NCBI GenBank assembly: GCA_017531765.1
Contig: JAFXKJ010000019.1
Location: 18,660-82,659, forward strand
DNA length: 64,000 nucleotides
Reading direction: 5' to 3'
From: Clostridia bacterium
Lineage (GTDB): Bacteria; Bacillota; Clostridia; Oscillospirales; CAG-272
In this document: positions 18,860 through 28,940 of the stretch, one piece after another
Layout of the letters: every line of letters starts with the position of its first letter
Position numbering within the stretch: position 1 is the first letter of the stretch
Made by a program: the position numbers and the translations under genes
Notes under the pieces: generated by a model
The model's input: the letters and a program-made list of their open reading frames with translations, nothing else
Told to the model about the DNA's origin: nothing
Databases searched by the model: none

Positions 18860-20095
18860 ATGAAAAACTATTTTTTTCTTCAACTTAAGCGTCAGATAAA
18901 GCTTCTTCCGTTGGTCCTGACAGTAACATTCGTACTGTTTGTTGGCATTTCAACTATTCTCACGCTTTTGATAAATATGTTCAACAGCAGCGAAGATCAG
19001 CAGCTATTCAAAATTGCCATTTCGGGAGACACTGACAGCGAATATATAGGTCTCGGATTAACAGCCGTACAGACCATTGACGACACAAGGTTTACAATAG
19101 AATTCCTTGAACTCAAAGAGGAGGAAGCCAAGGCAGCGCTCAAAAGCGGTAATATCAGCGCATACGTTGTGCTTCCCGAAAACTTCATTGATAACGCTAT
19201 TGCGGGAAACGTTGATAAGATCCGTTTTGTAACAACGGCGGGTGATCGGGGAATTACGACCATGCTGAAAAATGAGCTGACCACTCTCATTACCGACATG
19301 GTAGTGTACTCTCAAAAGGGAACCTACGGACTAAATGACGCACTCAAGGATAACGATACTCCGAAAGAGGAGCGTTGGAAACTTGTGGACGATATCAGCA
19401 TCGAATACGTCGAGCTTGTGTTTCACAGAAATGATATGATAAAAGAAGTTGTTATCGGTATTTCCGACGGACTTTCAACCTCTCAGTATTATCTCTGCGG
19501 TATGACAGTGCTTCTGCTTATGCTAATAGGTATTCCTTTTGCCTCGGTATGTGTGAGACGTGACAACTCTCTTGAAAGCTTGCTTGTTTCAAGAGGTTAT
19601 TCCGTCAGACGTCAGATATTGTCGGAGTATTTTGCACACTTTTGTATTCTAACGGGCGTGGCGCTGTTTATGACTGTGTGTATACGATATATGCCGAACA
19701 TAATTGAGCTTATTGGAAACGAAGACTTGATTTCCGAAATGTCAATTCCTTTCGTTTTGCGGATCATAGTGTCAGTTGCGCTTCTTTCGGCGATGAATAT
19801 TTTCATTTTCGAGCTTGTAGATAACCTGGTAAGCGGGGTACTCCTTCACTTCTTTACGGTACTTGCTCTCGGTTACGTATCAGGTCTGTTTTACCCCATA
19901 TATTCTTTCCCCGCGGTAATTCAGAAGCTGTCTTGCCTCTTACCGACAGGAATTCTCAGAAGCTTTATGTCGGGAATATTTGCTGATGAGACATCACTTG
20001 CAAGCTGCGTTTTGGGAATAATGATTTATTTGTTCCTGTTTCTTGCAGGGACCGCCGTACTCAGACACCGTAAGCTTGCAGGAAACAGGGGGTAG
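18860..20095 (+). CDS. ABC-2-type transporter permease-like membrane protein
   Basis: N-terminal TM, ~170-aa extracytoplasmic loop, then 5 TM segments. Adjacent to the ATPase with a 1-nt gap. Confidence 0.7.
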   Translation: MKNYFFLQLKRQIKLLPLVLTVTFVLFVGISTILTLLINMFNSSEDQQLFKIAISGDTDSEYIGLGLTAVQTIDDTRFTIEFLELKEEEAKAALKSGNISAYVVLPENFIDNAIAGNVDKIRFVTTAGDRGITTMLKNELTTLITDMVVYSQKGTYGLNDALKDNDTPKEERWKLVDDISIEYVELVFHRNDMIKEVVIGISDGLSTSQYYLCGMTVLLLMLIGIPFASVCVRRDNSLESLLVSRGYSVRRQILSEYFAHFCILTGVALFMTVCIRYMPNIIELIGNEDLISEMSIPFVLRIIVSVALLSAMNIFIFELVDNLVSGVLLHFFTVLALGYVSGLFYPIYSFPAVIQKLSCLLPTGILRSFMSGIFADETSLASCVLGIMIYLFLFLAGTAVLRHRKLAGNRG

Positions 20096-20104
20096 GTCAA
20101 AACC

Positions 20105-21265
20105 ATGGTCGCAAATTTGAAAAGATATTTGAAATGGTTTCAGATGCTCAGTCTGAGACTGTATAAAAAGCCTTCCTTTATAGCGATTCTCGTAATAATA
20201 CCCATCTGTGTTATCGGTTTCGGGCTTGTGTCAAAGGGAGACAGTGGTTTTCTCCACATTGTTCTCTCTCAGAGTGACAGTGAAGATGAAGTATCAAATG
20301 AGATCATTGAGCAGTTGATGAATGAAGAATCCATTATCCGTTATTCAGTGGCATCCTCTCCCGAAGAGGCAGAAGAAGCTGTAAAGAACGGTTCGGCAGA
20401 TGCTGCGTGGATCTTCCCGAAGGACCTTAACGGAAAGATAAATGAATTTATCGAAAGCTCATATTTCAAAGACGAATTTGTTAAAGTAATTGAACGGGAA
20501 TCGTCGGTTACACTGAGACTGTCCCATGAAAAGCTGTCTGCAAAGCTTTTCGTGACTTTAGCTGAGAACTATTATCTTAACTTTGCAAAAAATAAAACCT
20601 CCTATCTTACAGATATTGAAGACGGGAAGCTGATGGAATATTTTTACGGTGTATCCATAGACGAAGAGCTTTTTGAGGTAACCGACGTGGACGGAAATAT
20701 TGCCTCGGCGAATGGCGGAGGGTCGTATCTGACCTCTCCCATAAGAGGATTACTCAGTATAGTCGTGATTCTCAGCGGCATGGCGGCGGCTATGTTCTGT
20801 ATGCAGGATGATAAAAACGGTACGTTTTCATGGATTTCGGAATCAAGACGGATATATGTGGATTTTGCGTGTATATTCATAGCTGTACTTAATGTTTCCG
20901 TTGCCGCCCTCATCGCCGTTTGCGCGGGGGGACTTTCCACCGGCTTTGTCCGCGAGCTTGCGGCGATGCTCCTTTATGCCGTCTGCTGTGCCGTGTTCTG
21001 TCTCCTGCTAAAGCAGATATTCAGAAGTGCCAAGGTATACGGCTCCATGATCCCTCTTCTGATAATTGTGATGATCGCTGTTTGTCCCATCTTTTTTGAT
21101 TTCAAAAAGCTGGGATGGATAATGTACATTTTCCCGCCAAGCTTGTATATTAAAGCGGCATACGACAATATGTGCTTTGTATATTTGACACTTTATATCA
21201 TAACGGCGGCAGTGCTTTGCATTGCAATAGATAAGTTGTCGCGCAAGAGACTCATAAAAATGTAA
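20105..21265 (+). CDS. ABC-2-type transporter permease-like membrane protein (second)
   Basis: Same topology as the preceding gene (N-terminal TM, large loop, C-terminal TM bundle). Confidence 0.65.
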   Translation: MVANLKRYLKWFQMLSLRLYKKPSFIAILVIIPICVIGFGLVSKGDSGFLHIVLSQSDSEDEVSNEIIEQLMNEESIIRYSVASSPEEAEEAVKNGSADAAWIFPKDLNGKINEFIESSYFKDEFVKVIERESSVTLRLSHEKLSAKLFVTLAENYYLNFAKNKTSYLTDIEDGKLMEYFYGVSIDEELFEVTDVDGNIASANGGGSYLTSPIRGLLSIVVILSGMAAAMFCMQDDKNGTFSWISESRRIYVDFACIFIAVLNVSVAALIAVCAGGLSTGFVRELAAMLLYAVCCAVFCLLLKQIFRSAKVYGSMIPLLIIVMIAVCPIFFDFKKLGWIMYIFPPSLYIKAAYDNMCFVYLTLYIITAAVLCIAIDKLSRKRLIKM

Positions 21266-21311
21266 AAAGTGGCTCTGTACCGTAAAATGTACCGTACAGA
21301 GCCACTTTTTT
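21266..21311. terminator. bidirectional intrinsic terminator
   Basis: 12-bp perfect stem gtggctctgtac/gtacagagccac flanked by aaaaa and ttttttt, between convergent genes. Confidence 0.85.
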
Positions 21312-22126
21312 TAGTCGTTCTTCACGTGAACGTCAAGCTGAGCATAGGGAATTGAAATAGAGAATTTATCGAGAGCCTTCTTTGAGTCCTCGGTAAGATC
21401 AAACTTAACAGCCCAGTAATCGGAATTGTTTACCCATGTGCGGAGCTGAAGCTTGATTGCGGAATCAGCCTGCTCGGTTACGTAAACAACAGGTGCGGGA
21501 TCTTTAAGTACCAGGTCGTGTGTTTCAGCACTTGCAAGAAGCACCTTCTTGGCAAGATCAATGTCAGCCTCAAAGGCAATGGAAACTGTTATGTCAACAC
21601 GGCGTGTTTCCTTTACGGAGTAGTTGGAGATAGCGGAATTGGAAAGTGCGGAGTTGGGAACGGATACTGCAATGTTATCGGGAGTTATGAGCTTTGTATA
21701 GAAAATTCCGATATCGGTAACTGTACCGCTTCCGAGATCGCTTGTAACGTAGTCACCAACGTGGAAAGGCTTGAAAAGCATAATGATCACGCCGCCTGCG
21801 ATGTTGGAAAGACCACCCTGAAGCGCAAGACCGATGGCAAGACCACAAGAGCCGAGGATCGCGATAATGGTCGAACCGGGAACGCCTACTATTTCCACAG
21901 CGATGATTATGATGACGGTGTAGAGTATGATCTTAATGGTGTTTGCGATAAGTGACTGAATGTTGGAGTCAAGCTTTTCAAAAAATGCGCAACGGCGAAT
22001 CTTTTTGATTATCAGCTTGGCAATTGCAAATCCTACGATGAGGATCACTGCGGCGGAGATAAGATGGAGAATGAAGGGGACTGCGTGCTGATTAATAAAG
22101 TTTGAGAGAATTTCTAAAAAATCCAT
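21311..22126 (-). CDS. small-conductance mechanosensitive channel (MscS family)
   Basis: Three N-terminal TMs, a G/A-rich pore helix (GLALQGGLSNIAGGVIIMLFKPF) and a beta-domain, as in MscS. Confidence 0.85.
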   Translation of the reverse strand: MDFLEILSNFINQHAVPFILHLISAAVILIVGFAIAKLIIKKIRRCAFFEKLDSNIQSLIANTIKIILYTVIIIIAVEIVGVPGSTIIAILGSCGLAIGLALQGGLSNIAGGVIIMLFKPFHVGDYVTSDLGSGTVTDIGIFYTKLITPDNIAVSVPNSALSNSAISNYSVKETRRVDITVSIAFEADIDLAKKVLLASAETHDLVLKDPAPVVYVTEQADSAIKLQLRTWVNNSDYWAVKFDLTEDSKKALDKFSISIPYAQLDVHVKND

Positions 22127-22161
22127 GGTAAAATCCTTTCTTTGTATAAAAAATAATTTGT

Positions 22162-24147
22162 TTACTTGGTAGTTTCGAGAACCTTGATACGGTCTCGGAG
22201 ATATGCGGCTTCTTCGAATCTCAGCTCGCGAGCTGCTTTCTGCATATCGCGGCGGAGTTCTTCGATCTTCTTTTGTCTTTCCTCTGCCGTTTTCGGAATC
22301 TCGGAGGTGGGACGGGATGAAGCCGCGGCAGATTTCTTGCCGTCAGGCGAAGCACCTATACTGATAAGTTCACGCACACTCTTCTTTATGGTAGTTGGAG
22401 TGATTCCGTGTTCCTCATTATAGGACTTTTGCAGCTTTCGTCGGCGGTTTGTCTCGTCGATGGCGGCGCGCATGGAGCGTGTTACGGTATCGGCATACAT
22501 GATGACCTTTCCGTCAACGTTTCGTGCCGCCCTGCCGATTGTCTGGATAAGGGACGATTCACTTCTGAGAAATCCTTCCTTGTCGGCATCAAGTATGGCG
22601 ACAAGTGTTACCTCGGGAAGGTCAATTCCCTCACGGAGCAGGTTGATACCTACGAGAACGTCGTAAAGACCCAGGCGCAGATCACGGAGAAGCTCCGTAC
22701 GTTCCATTGATTCAACATTGTGATGGATGTACTTAACGCGAATTTCCTGTTTTTCAAGATATTCTGTCAGGTCTTCAGCCATTTTTTTTGTGAGTGTAGT
22801 AACAAGAGTTCGTTCGCCTTTGTCAACGCGGAGTCTTATCTCACCAAGGAGATCATCGATCTGCGTTTCAATGGGACGGACGTCGATCTCAGGGTCAAGC
22901 AGTCCCGTAGGTCTTATGATCTGTTCAACGATCTGTTCGGATCTTGAAAGCTCATATTCCGCAGGAGTTGCTGACACGGTTATCACCTGATTCAGTTTGC
23001 TTTCAAACTCACTGAAATTCAGTGGTCGGTTGTCGTAAGCCGAGGGGAGGCGGAAGCCGTATTCCACAAGATTCTGTTTTCTTGCAAGGTCACCACCACT
23101 CATTCCCTTGACCTGAGGAAGCGTCACGTGACTTTCATCGATGAACATAATAAAATCATCGGGGAAGTAATCAAGCAGAGTATACGGCGTTGAACCGGGG
23201 CTTCGTCCCGCAAAAATTCTCGAATAGTTCTCAATTCCCGAGCAGTATCCGATCTCGCGCATCATCTCGATATCGTAGCGAGTCCTCTCTTCGATCCGCT
23301 GTGCTTCGATCAGCTTATTCTGCGAACGGAACCATTCAACTCTGTCGAGCATCTCTTCTTCAATTTCGGCAATTGCCTTTTCTTTGGATTCGTGGTCGAC
23401 TACATAGTGTGTGGCAGGGAAGATCGCAACATAGTTGAGATCCTCTATAACTTTCCCCGTCAGGGGATTGATTTCCGACACACGGTCGATCTCGTCTCCG
23501 AAAAATTCAACTCGAATGGCTCTTTCGGTGTAGCCTGAGGGGAACACCTCAAGTGTGTCGCCGCGGAGGCGGAAATTGTTACGTGTGAGGCTGATATCGT
23601 TTCTGTCGTAATTGACTCCTATCAGCTTTGCGGCAAGTTCGTCACGGGAAATCTCCATTCCCGGTCGGATACCGATAACCTGACGCTGATATTCCTCGGG
23701 GGGACCGAGAGAATAGATGCAGGAAACGCTTGCCACAATTATAACGTCCCGACGTTCAAAAAGCGCTGAGGTTGCGCTGTGTCGGAGCTTGTCGATCTCG
23801 TCATTTATTGACGAATCCTTTTCGATGTACATATCCTTTCCGGGCACGTAAGCCTCGGGCTGATAGTAATCATAGTAGGAAATAAAGAACTCAACAGCAT
23901 TGTTTGGGAAGAACTCACGAAACTCAGAGCAGAGCTGTGCGGCAAGAGTCTTGTTGTGTGCGAGAACGAGGGTCGGGCGGTTCACCTCTGCAATTATGTT
24001 AGCCATGGTAAAGGTTTTACCTGATCCCGTGACACCAAGGAGAGTCTGATTTTTATAGCCTTCTCTGATGCCGCGAACAAGCTTTTCAATTGCCTGCGGT
24101 TGATCACCCGTTGGTTTATACTGAGACACAAGTTCAAAATGATCCAT
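22162..24147 (-). CDS. uvrB: excinuclease ABC subunit B
   Basis: [15 protein letters not shown] Walker A, beta-hairpin region and C-terminal UVR domain ([11 protein letters not shown]). Confidence 0.97.
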   Translation of the reverse strand: MDHFELVSQYKPTGDQPQAIEKLVRGIREGYKNQTLLGVTGSGKTFTMANIIAEVNRPTLVLAHNKTLAAQLCSEFREFFPNNAVEFFISYYDYYQPEAYVPGKDMYIEKDSSINDEIDKLRHSATSALFERRDVIIVASVSCIYSLGPPEEYQRQVIGIRPGMEISRDELAAKLIGVNYDRNDISLTRNNFRLRGDTLEVFPSGYTERAIRVEFFGDEIDRVSEINPLTGKVIEDLNYVAIFPATHYVVDHESKEKAIAEIEEEMLDRVEWFRSQNKLIEAQRIEERTRYDIEMMREIGYCSGIENYSRIFAGRSPGSTPYTLLDYFPDDFIMFIDESHVTLPQVKGMSGGDLARKQNLVEYGFRLPSAYDNRPLNFSEFESKLNQVITVSATPAEYELSRSEQIVEQIIRPTGLLDPEIDVRPIETQIDDLLGEIRLRVDKGERTLVTTLTKKMAEDLTEYLEKQEIRVKYIHHNVESMERTELLRDLRLGLYDVLVGINLLREGIDLPEVTLVAILDADKEGFLRSESSLIQTIGRAARNVDGKVIMYADTVTRSMRAAIDETNRRRKLQKSYNEEHGITPTTIKKSVRELISIGASPDGKKSAAASSRPTSEIPKTAEERQKKIEELRRDMQKAARELRFEEAAYLRDRIKVLETTK

Positions 24148-24334
24148 TTTCAGCGTTCATTTACGCGTGTAACAGTTTTACTTTAGTTTCAGACTGTTTA
24201 ACCTTTCGCGCGATCCTCCCTTCTTAAAACAGTTTTTACGTCTGACACTTTATTATATCACATATACGGCGAAAAATAAAGCAAAACAATAATTTTTTAC
24301 ATTTTTCGAAAATATTTTCGTCAAAGATATAATT

Positions 24335-25636
24335 TTATTGGATTTTCTTCAGAACTATCGGAGACAGTGGGGGCGCGTCACTTGAAAAAGTGTAGGCTTC
24401 AAGAACGCGGCGCTGAGCATCGGCGAGCTTTGACGGGTCATTGGTGTACAGAGTACAGATCCACCTGCCGCGAATCACTCTGTCGCCCACGTTTGCGGAT
24501 AAAACTATGCCTGCGGACAGATCGATGACGTCGTCCTTAGTCTCACGTCCCGCACCGAGTACCATGGCTGCGTTTCCGATTATCTCGGCATCGATAGAGG
24601 AAACGTAGCCGTCACATGGGGAAAGGACGTCGTGAGAGAACTTTGCTTCCGTGAAAAGGGATGTGTTGTCAAGGAATCCTACGTCACCGCCTTGATATGA
24701 CACCCATTCCTTCATCTTGGCGAATGCGGCACCCGAATCAAGTGCATTTTCCGCACGGCGGTAAGCTTCGTCCGATGGGATATTCTCAGCCAAAGAAAGC
24801 ATTTCGGCGGCAAGAGCTAAAGACACATCCCGAAGCCGTCCCCAAGTTTCGCCCCGAAGTACCGAAATTGCCTCGATTACTTCAAGTGAATTACCCACGG
24901 CGTATCCGAGAGGCGAGTCCATAGATGTGATCAGAGCAGAGACACGTCTTCCGCAGGCTTTACCGATGTCGACCATCGCTTTGGCGAGAGCTTCCGCATC
25001 TTCAAGAGTTTTCATAAACGCACCTGAGCCGACTTTTACGTCAAGAACGATATTTTTTGACCCTGCGGCAAGCTTTTTGCTCATGATGCTTGAAGCTATA
25101 AGCGGTATACTGCTGACTGTTGCGGTTACGTCGCGGAGCGCGTACAGCTTTTTATCAGCGGGAGCAAGATTACCGCTTTGACCAACAACAGCGACTCCGA
25201 TACTACTGACCTGAGCGAGAAAATCTTCACTTGTTACCGTTGTCTTGTAACCGGGAATGGATTCAAGCTTGTCTACAGTGCCGCCCGTATGTCCGAGACC
25301 TCTGCCCGACATTTTTGCAACCTTCAGTCCGAGAGAGGCGGCAATGGGAGCTACGATCAATGTGGTTTTGTCCCCGACACCGCCGGTGCTGTGCTTATCT
25401 GCAGACAGATCGTCAAATGCCGAAAGGTCTACCATGTCACCTGAATGAGCCATGAGATCGGTGAGAGTGGCACATTCGTCGGCGTTCATCCCCCGAAGAT
25501 ATATTGCCATGAGCAGTGCACTCGTCTCGTAATCGGGCACCTCGCCCGAGGTAACTCCGTTGACAAAATACTGTAACTCTTCTTCAGTTAGGGCGAATCC
25601 GTCCCGTTTTTTTGAAATTATATCATACATTCTCAT
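24335..25636 (-). CDS. pdp: pyrimidine-nucleoside phosphorylase
   Basis: MRMYDIISKKRDG start, KHSTGGVGDKT and SGRGLGHTGGT motifs. The upstream 23-codon extension in the track is rejected. Confidence 0.93.
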   Translation of the reverse strand: MRMYDIISKKRDGFALTEEELQYFVNGVTSGEVPDYETSALLMAIYLRGMNADECATLTDLMAHSGDMVDLSAFDDLSADKHSTGGVGDKTTLIVAPIAASLGLKVAKMSGRGLGHTGGTVDKLESIPGYKTTVTSEDFLAQVSSIGVAVVGQSGNLAPADKKLYALRDVTATVSSIPLIASSIMSKKLAAGSKNIVLDVKVGSGAFMKTLEDAEALAKAMVDIGKACGRRVSALITSMDSPLGYAVGNSLEVIEAISVLRGETWGRLRDVSLALAAEMLSLAENIPSDEAYRRAENALDSGAAFAKMKEWVSYQGGDVGFLDNTSLFTEAKFSHDVLSPCDGYVSSIDAEIIGNAAMVLGAGRETKDDVIDLSAGIVLSANVGDRVIRGRWICTLYTNDPSKLADAQRRVLEAYTFSSDAPPLSPIVLKKIQ

Positions 25637-25646
25637 AATGGAAACC

Positions 25647-26054
25647 TCACAGTGTAAAGGAGCTTGGGAGCAGAGCTCCGATGTTTGTTTCTTCAAAATC
25701 CCCAATCTCGTTTTTTACAAGTAAAATCGGCATTTCGGGAGAACAGAATTCGGAAAGTACCTGACGGCACACTCCGCAAGGGGTCGTTACCGGGGAGATA
25801 TTTCGGTTCTTTCCTCCGACTACCGCGATCATTTCAAAATCCAAGTTACCGTCGCTCACAGCCTTGAACACCGCCACCCTTTCTGCACATACAGTGGGTG
25901 AAAAAGCTGCGTTCTCAATGTTGCATCCCGAGTAGACAATGCCGTTTTTACAAAGCAGGGCGGCGCCTACGTTAAAACCCGAGTACGGCGCATAGGATTT
26001 TTTTGCCGCATCAATTGCGGCAAGACAGAGTTCACGTTTAGTCAAGTCCGTCAC
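25647..26054 (-). CDS. cdd: cytidine deaminase
   Basis: CAER ... PCGVCRQ zinc-binding motifs; 135 aa. Confidence 0.93.
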   Translation of the reverse strand: MTDLTKRELCLAAIDAAKKSYAPYSGFNVGAALLCKNGIVYSGCNIENAAFSPTVCAERVAVFKAVSDGNLDFEMIAVVGGKNRNISPVTTPCGVCRQVLSEFCSPEMPILLVKNEIGDFEETNIGALLPSSFTL

Positions 26055-26788
26055 CCCTGCTTTAATGCAACCTCAAGAGCAAGTGTCATCATGTCGGTAA
26101 AAGACGTTTGTCTTTCATCGGACGACGTTGCCTCTTCCGTTACGATATGGTCGGACACGGTACAGATCGCCAGCGCGTTTTTACCGTTTCGTGCGGCAGT
26201 CATGTAAAGTCCCGCCGCTTCCATCTCAACGGCAAGGACGCCCATTTTCGCCCAAGGCAGTGTGGATGTAAGAGCCTCGGGAACACCTTCGTCATCGTTA
26301 TAGAAGGTGTCAGAGGATAGAATATTGCCCACGTGATAGGGAAGCTTTAACTCCTCAGCGGTATCTGCGGCACATTTTAAGAGTTTATAGCTTGATATGG
26401 GCGCGAAAGTGCCTCGCAGACGGAATTGATCTGCAAACGCCGAATTGGTGCATGCGCCCTGGGCGATAACTATATCTCTCAGGCGGACGTTTTCATTTAT
26501 TGCACCGGCAGAGCCGACACGGATAATATTTTCAACACCGAAAACGTTATATAGCTCATGGGAGTATATTCCGATAGAGGGAATACCCATACCGCTTGCC
26601 ATTACGGATACGGGAACGCCCTTATAGGTGCCTGTATACCCCTGAACTCCGCGTACATTGTTTACAAGGCGGGCATCGGTAAGAAAATTTTTTGCGATAA
26701 ATTCACTTCTCAGGGGATCGCCGGGCATAAGTACAGTCTTGGCGAAATCCCCGGGGACTGCTTTGATATGGGGTGTAGGATAATTCAT
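26051..26788 (-). CDS. deoD: purine nucleoside phosphorylase, DeoD type
   Basis: TPHI, MPGDPLR, GMGIPS and VEMEAAGLY motifs. Confidence 0.93.
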   Translation of the reverse strand: MNYPTPHIKAVPGDFAKTVLMPGDPLRSEFIAKNFLTDARLVNNVRGVQGYTGTYKGVPVSVMASGMGIPSIGIYSHELYNVFGVENIIRVGSAGAINENVRLRDIVIAQGACTNSAFADQFRLRGTFAPISSYKLLKCAADTAEELKLPYHVGNILSSDTFYNDDEGVPEALTSTLPWAKMGVLAVEMEAAGLYMTAARNGKNALAICTVSDHIVTEEATSSDERQTSFTDMMTLALEVALKQG

Positions 26789-26802
26789 TTTTCCTGCCTC
26801 CT

Positions 26803-27471
26803 TTAGTATTCAGAGCTTGAGTTTTGTTTTTTTACGGCGGCAACTATCCTGCTTGTGCCGAGACGGGATGCGCCGAGAGAGATGAAGTCTTCGGCATCCT
26901 TGAGGGATGAGATTCCGCCCGCCGCTTTTATCTTTAAGTGAGGGGATACGTATTTTGCAAACAAAGCAATGTCTTCGCGGGTTGCGCCGCCTCCGGCAAA
27001 GCCCGTTGAGGTCTTGATATAATCTGCACCCGAGAGGGAGACCACGCGGCACATCTCAATCTTTTCTTCATCTGTCAAAAGACAGGTTTCGATTATAACT
27101 TTAAGCACACATTCTCTGCAAGCGCTTCTAACGGCGCGTATTTCGTTAAGAACGGCATCGAAGTTACCTTCCTTCACAAGACCTATGTTTATTACCATAT
27201 CGATCTCGTCGGCTCCGTCTTCCACAGCAATAGCGGTCTCAAGCCTTTTTACCTCAGGTGTGCAGTAGCCGTTGGGAAAACCGATGACCGTACAGATCTT
27301 CAGCTTACCTCCCACGTGATCCTTTGCTTTTTTTACGTATGACGGCGGAATGCAGACTGAGGCAGTGCCGTAGCGCATACCGTCATCACAGACAGCTTTT
27401 ATCTCTTCCCACGTTGCGCTTTGTGAGAGAAGGGTGTGGTCGACCTTTGAAAGTACGTCATTAATGTCCAT
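26803..27471 (-). CDS. deoC: deoxyribose-phosphate aldolase
   Basis: IDHTLL-like start, VIGFP.G and IKTSTGF with the catalytic Lys context. Confidence 0.93.
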   Translation of the reverse strand: MDINDVLSKVDHTLLSQSATWEEIKAVCDDGMRYGTASVCIPPSYVKKAKDHVGGKLKICTVIGFPNGYCTPEVKRLETAIAVEDGADEIDMVINIGLVKEGNFDAVLNEIRAVRSACRECVLKVIIETCLLTDEEKIEMCRVVSLSGADYIKTSTGFAGGGATREDIALFAKYVSPHLKIKAAGGISSLKDAEDFISLGASRLGTSRIVAAVKKQNSSSEY

Positions 27472-27514
27472 TTTGCGTAAACCTCCAAGATAATTATATT
27501 AAGTATATTAAATA

Positions 27515-27543
27515 TATTATATCAATTATTTGCGGAATAATCA
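27515..27543 (-). promoter_or_regulatory. sigma-A promoter of the deoC operon
   Basis: Minus strand reads TTGATT, 17-nt spacer, TATAAT (TGa extended). Confidence 0.7.
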
Positions 27544-27563
27544 AGAAATAACGTGTGATTTTA

Positions 27564-27597
27564 CGAAAAAAGCAGACCCCGTTTATCGGAATCTGCT
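27564..27597 (-). terminator. intrinsic terminator after paralog 1
   Basis: gcaga ... tctgc stem with inner ccg/cgg pairs, followed on the minus strand by a U6 run. Confidence 0.65.
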
Positions 27598-27607
27598 TTA
27601 GTTTTTA

Positions 27608-28795
27608 TTACTTTCTGTCGATGCGGTACATTCTCATCTGACCTGCGTAGAGGACCTGACCGAGATTTTCCATGGGGCGTGTTACCGTACCGTTGAAAAG
27701 CACCTCGTTTACGGAGCACTTTTCACTGTCAAATTCAAACTTCCAAGTTGCGAGGAACTGCATAGATGCGTTTACCATACAGATATATTCCTTGCCGTCC
27801 TCTGCGGTGTAGAAGCTTACAACGCCTTCTTCATAGCCGTCGATCTTAACGAGATCGTGAGCGTCATCGGTAAGCATGGGATATACGCCTCTGTCCTTAC
27901 CTGTCATGTAAGTAGACTGTCTCTTGAGGCTCATAAGAAGCTCGCCGTAATGATCGGTGAAGCGTCTTTGTGAACGGCACATACCGTAGTAAGCCTCGGT
28001 CTTGTTACCGTACTCGTCAATGGGAGAGCCGTGGTACTCGTTACCGAGAGCTCTGTCGTACATACGGAACCAGATACCGCCGCGGCAGCCTACAGCCGCA
28101 TTAACGTTGATCTGCCAACGGATGTCAAGCTCGCTTGGAGCACGGAAAGCATCGTGACCGCTGCAGAGCATATTTGCCCACAGCTCAACACCGGCCGCCT
28201 CGGCAGCCTCCACCATGGTCTTGACTTCTTCAAAATGCCAGCCTACGCTTATGTCGTTGATGAGGGGATTGTAAAGGTCCTGGCTGAGTATCTGAACGCC
28301 TGTTTCTTCCTTGAAATACTTGAACCACTCGGTAAGAGTTCTGCCGCCGAAGAATTCGGGACCCTTTCGGGGCATGGTGCCGATAAGATTTGTGTAAGCC
28401 TTAAGCTCGGGAGCGACCTTACGGTTGATCTTGTAGCACTGTACGGTAGCTTCAAGCTCTTCTGCCGAGTCGGGCTCATCGCCTACGTAGAAACCGTAAA
28501 GTGCGGGGTGACCTTTCAGAACATTGTAGATCTCGGAAAGGCGGCGCTCATACTCTTCGGCGCCGATGCGGATGTAATCTCCGTAGCTTACGTCCTCGTA
28601 ATTGATAATAAGCTGCATACCGAGTGCTTCAGCCTTATCAAGCCAAGGGATGAGACTTGTTGGATCGTCCTTGCCGTAGTACATTTTGGGAGTCATGGGA
28701 ACGTTCATGCCCGCATGAGCCCAAACTTCAAGCACGTCGGGAGTGAAATCGCTGAGGGGATTATATATCCATGTGGAAAAAGGATATTTTGACAT
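27608..28795 (-). CDS. uncharacterised cytoplasmic protein, tandem paralog 1 of 6 (glycoside-hydrolase-like TIM barrel inferred)
   Basis: 395 aa with the shared family motifs: YPFSTWIYN, HPALYGFYVGDEP, GCRGGIWFRMYDR, GSPIDEYGNKTE, C-terminal GQMRMYRIDRK. No signal peptide or TM. Confidence 0.85.
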   Translation of the reverse strand: MSKYPFSTWIYNPLSDFTPDVLEVWAHAGMNVPMTPKMYYGKDDPTSLIPWLDKAEALGMQLIINYEDVSYGDYIRIGAEEYERRLSEIYNVLKGHPALYGFYVGDEPDSAEELEATVQCYKINRKVAPELKAYTNLIGTMPRKGPEFFGGRTLTEWFKYFKEETGVQILSQDLYNPLINDISVGWHFEEVKTMVEAAEAAGVELWANMLCSGHDAFRAPSELDIRWQINVNAAVGCRGGIWFRMYDRALGNEYHGSPIDEYGNKTEAYYGMCRSQRRFTDHYGELLMSLKRQSTYMTGKDRGVYPMLTDDAHDLVKIDGYEEGVVSFYTAEDGKEYICMVNASMQFLATWKFEFDSEKCSVNEVLFNGTVTRPMENLGQVLYAGQMRMYRIDRK

Positions 28796-28858
28796 AATAA
28801 AATACCGTCCTTTACAGTATGTCCGAGTTGCCTCGGAACAGATTTTCGTAGTTAGTAC

Positions 28859-28887
28859 ATTATATCAACGCCGATAGTGGTTGTCAA
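28859..28887 (-). promoter_or_regulatory. consensus sigma-A promoter of paralog 1
   Basis: Minus strand reads TTGACA, 17-nt spacer, TATAAT (TGa extended). A leader hairpin tccgag-gcaa-ctcgga follows. Confidence 0.75.
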
Positions 28888-28940
28888 GGCAAAAGAGTAA
28901 AAAATTTTTTGAGTAAAGGAGGGTAACCCCCGAAATGTTA

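Noticed and set aside
24307-24320. Palindrome cgaaaatattttcg upstream of uvrB as a possible LexA (GAAC-N4-GTTC) box.
   Set aside because: The half-sites are GAAA/TTTC rather than GAAC/GTTC. It also lies about 50 nt upstream of the best -10 (24252-24257), directly after the pdp stop codon, so it is more likely incidental AT-rich symmetry.
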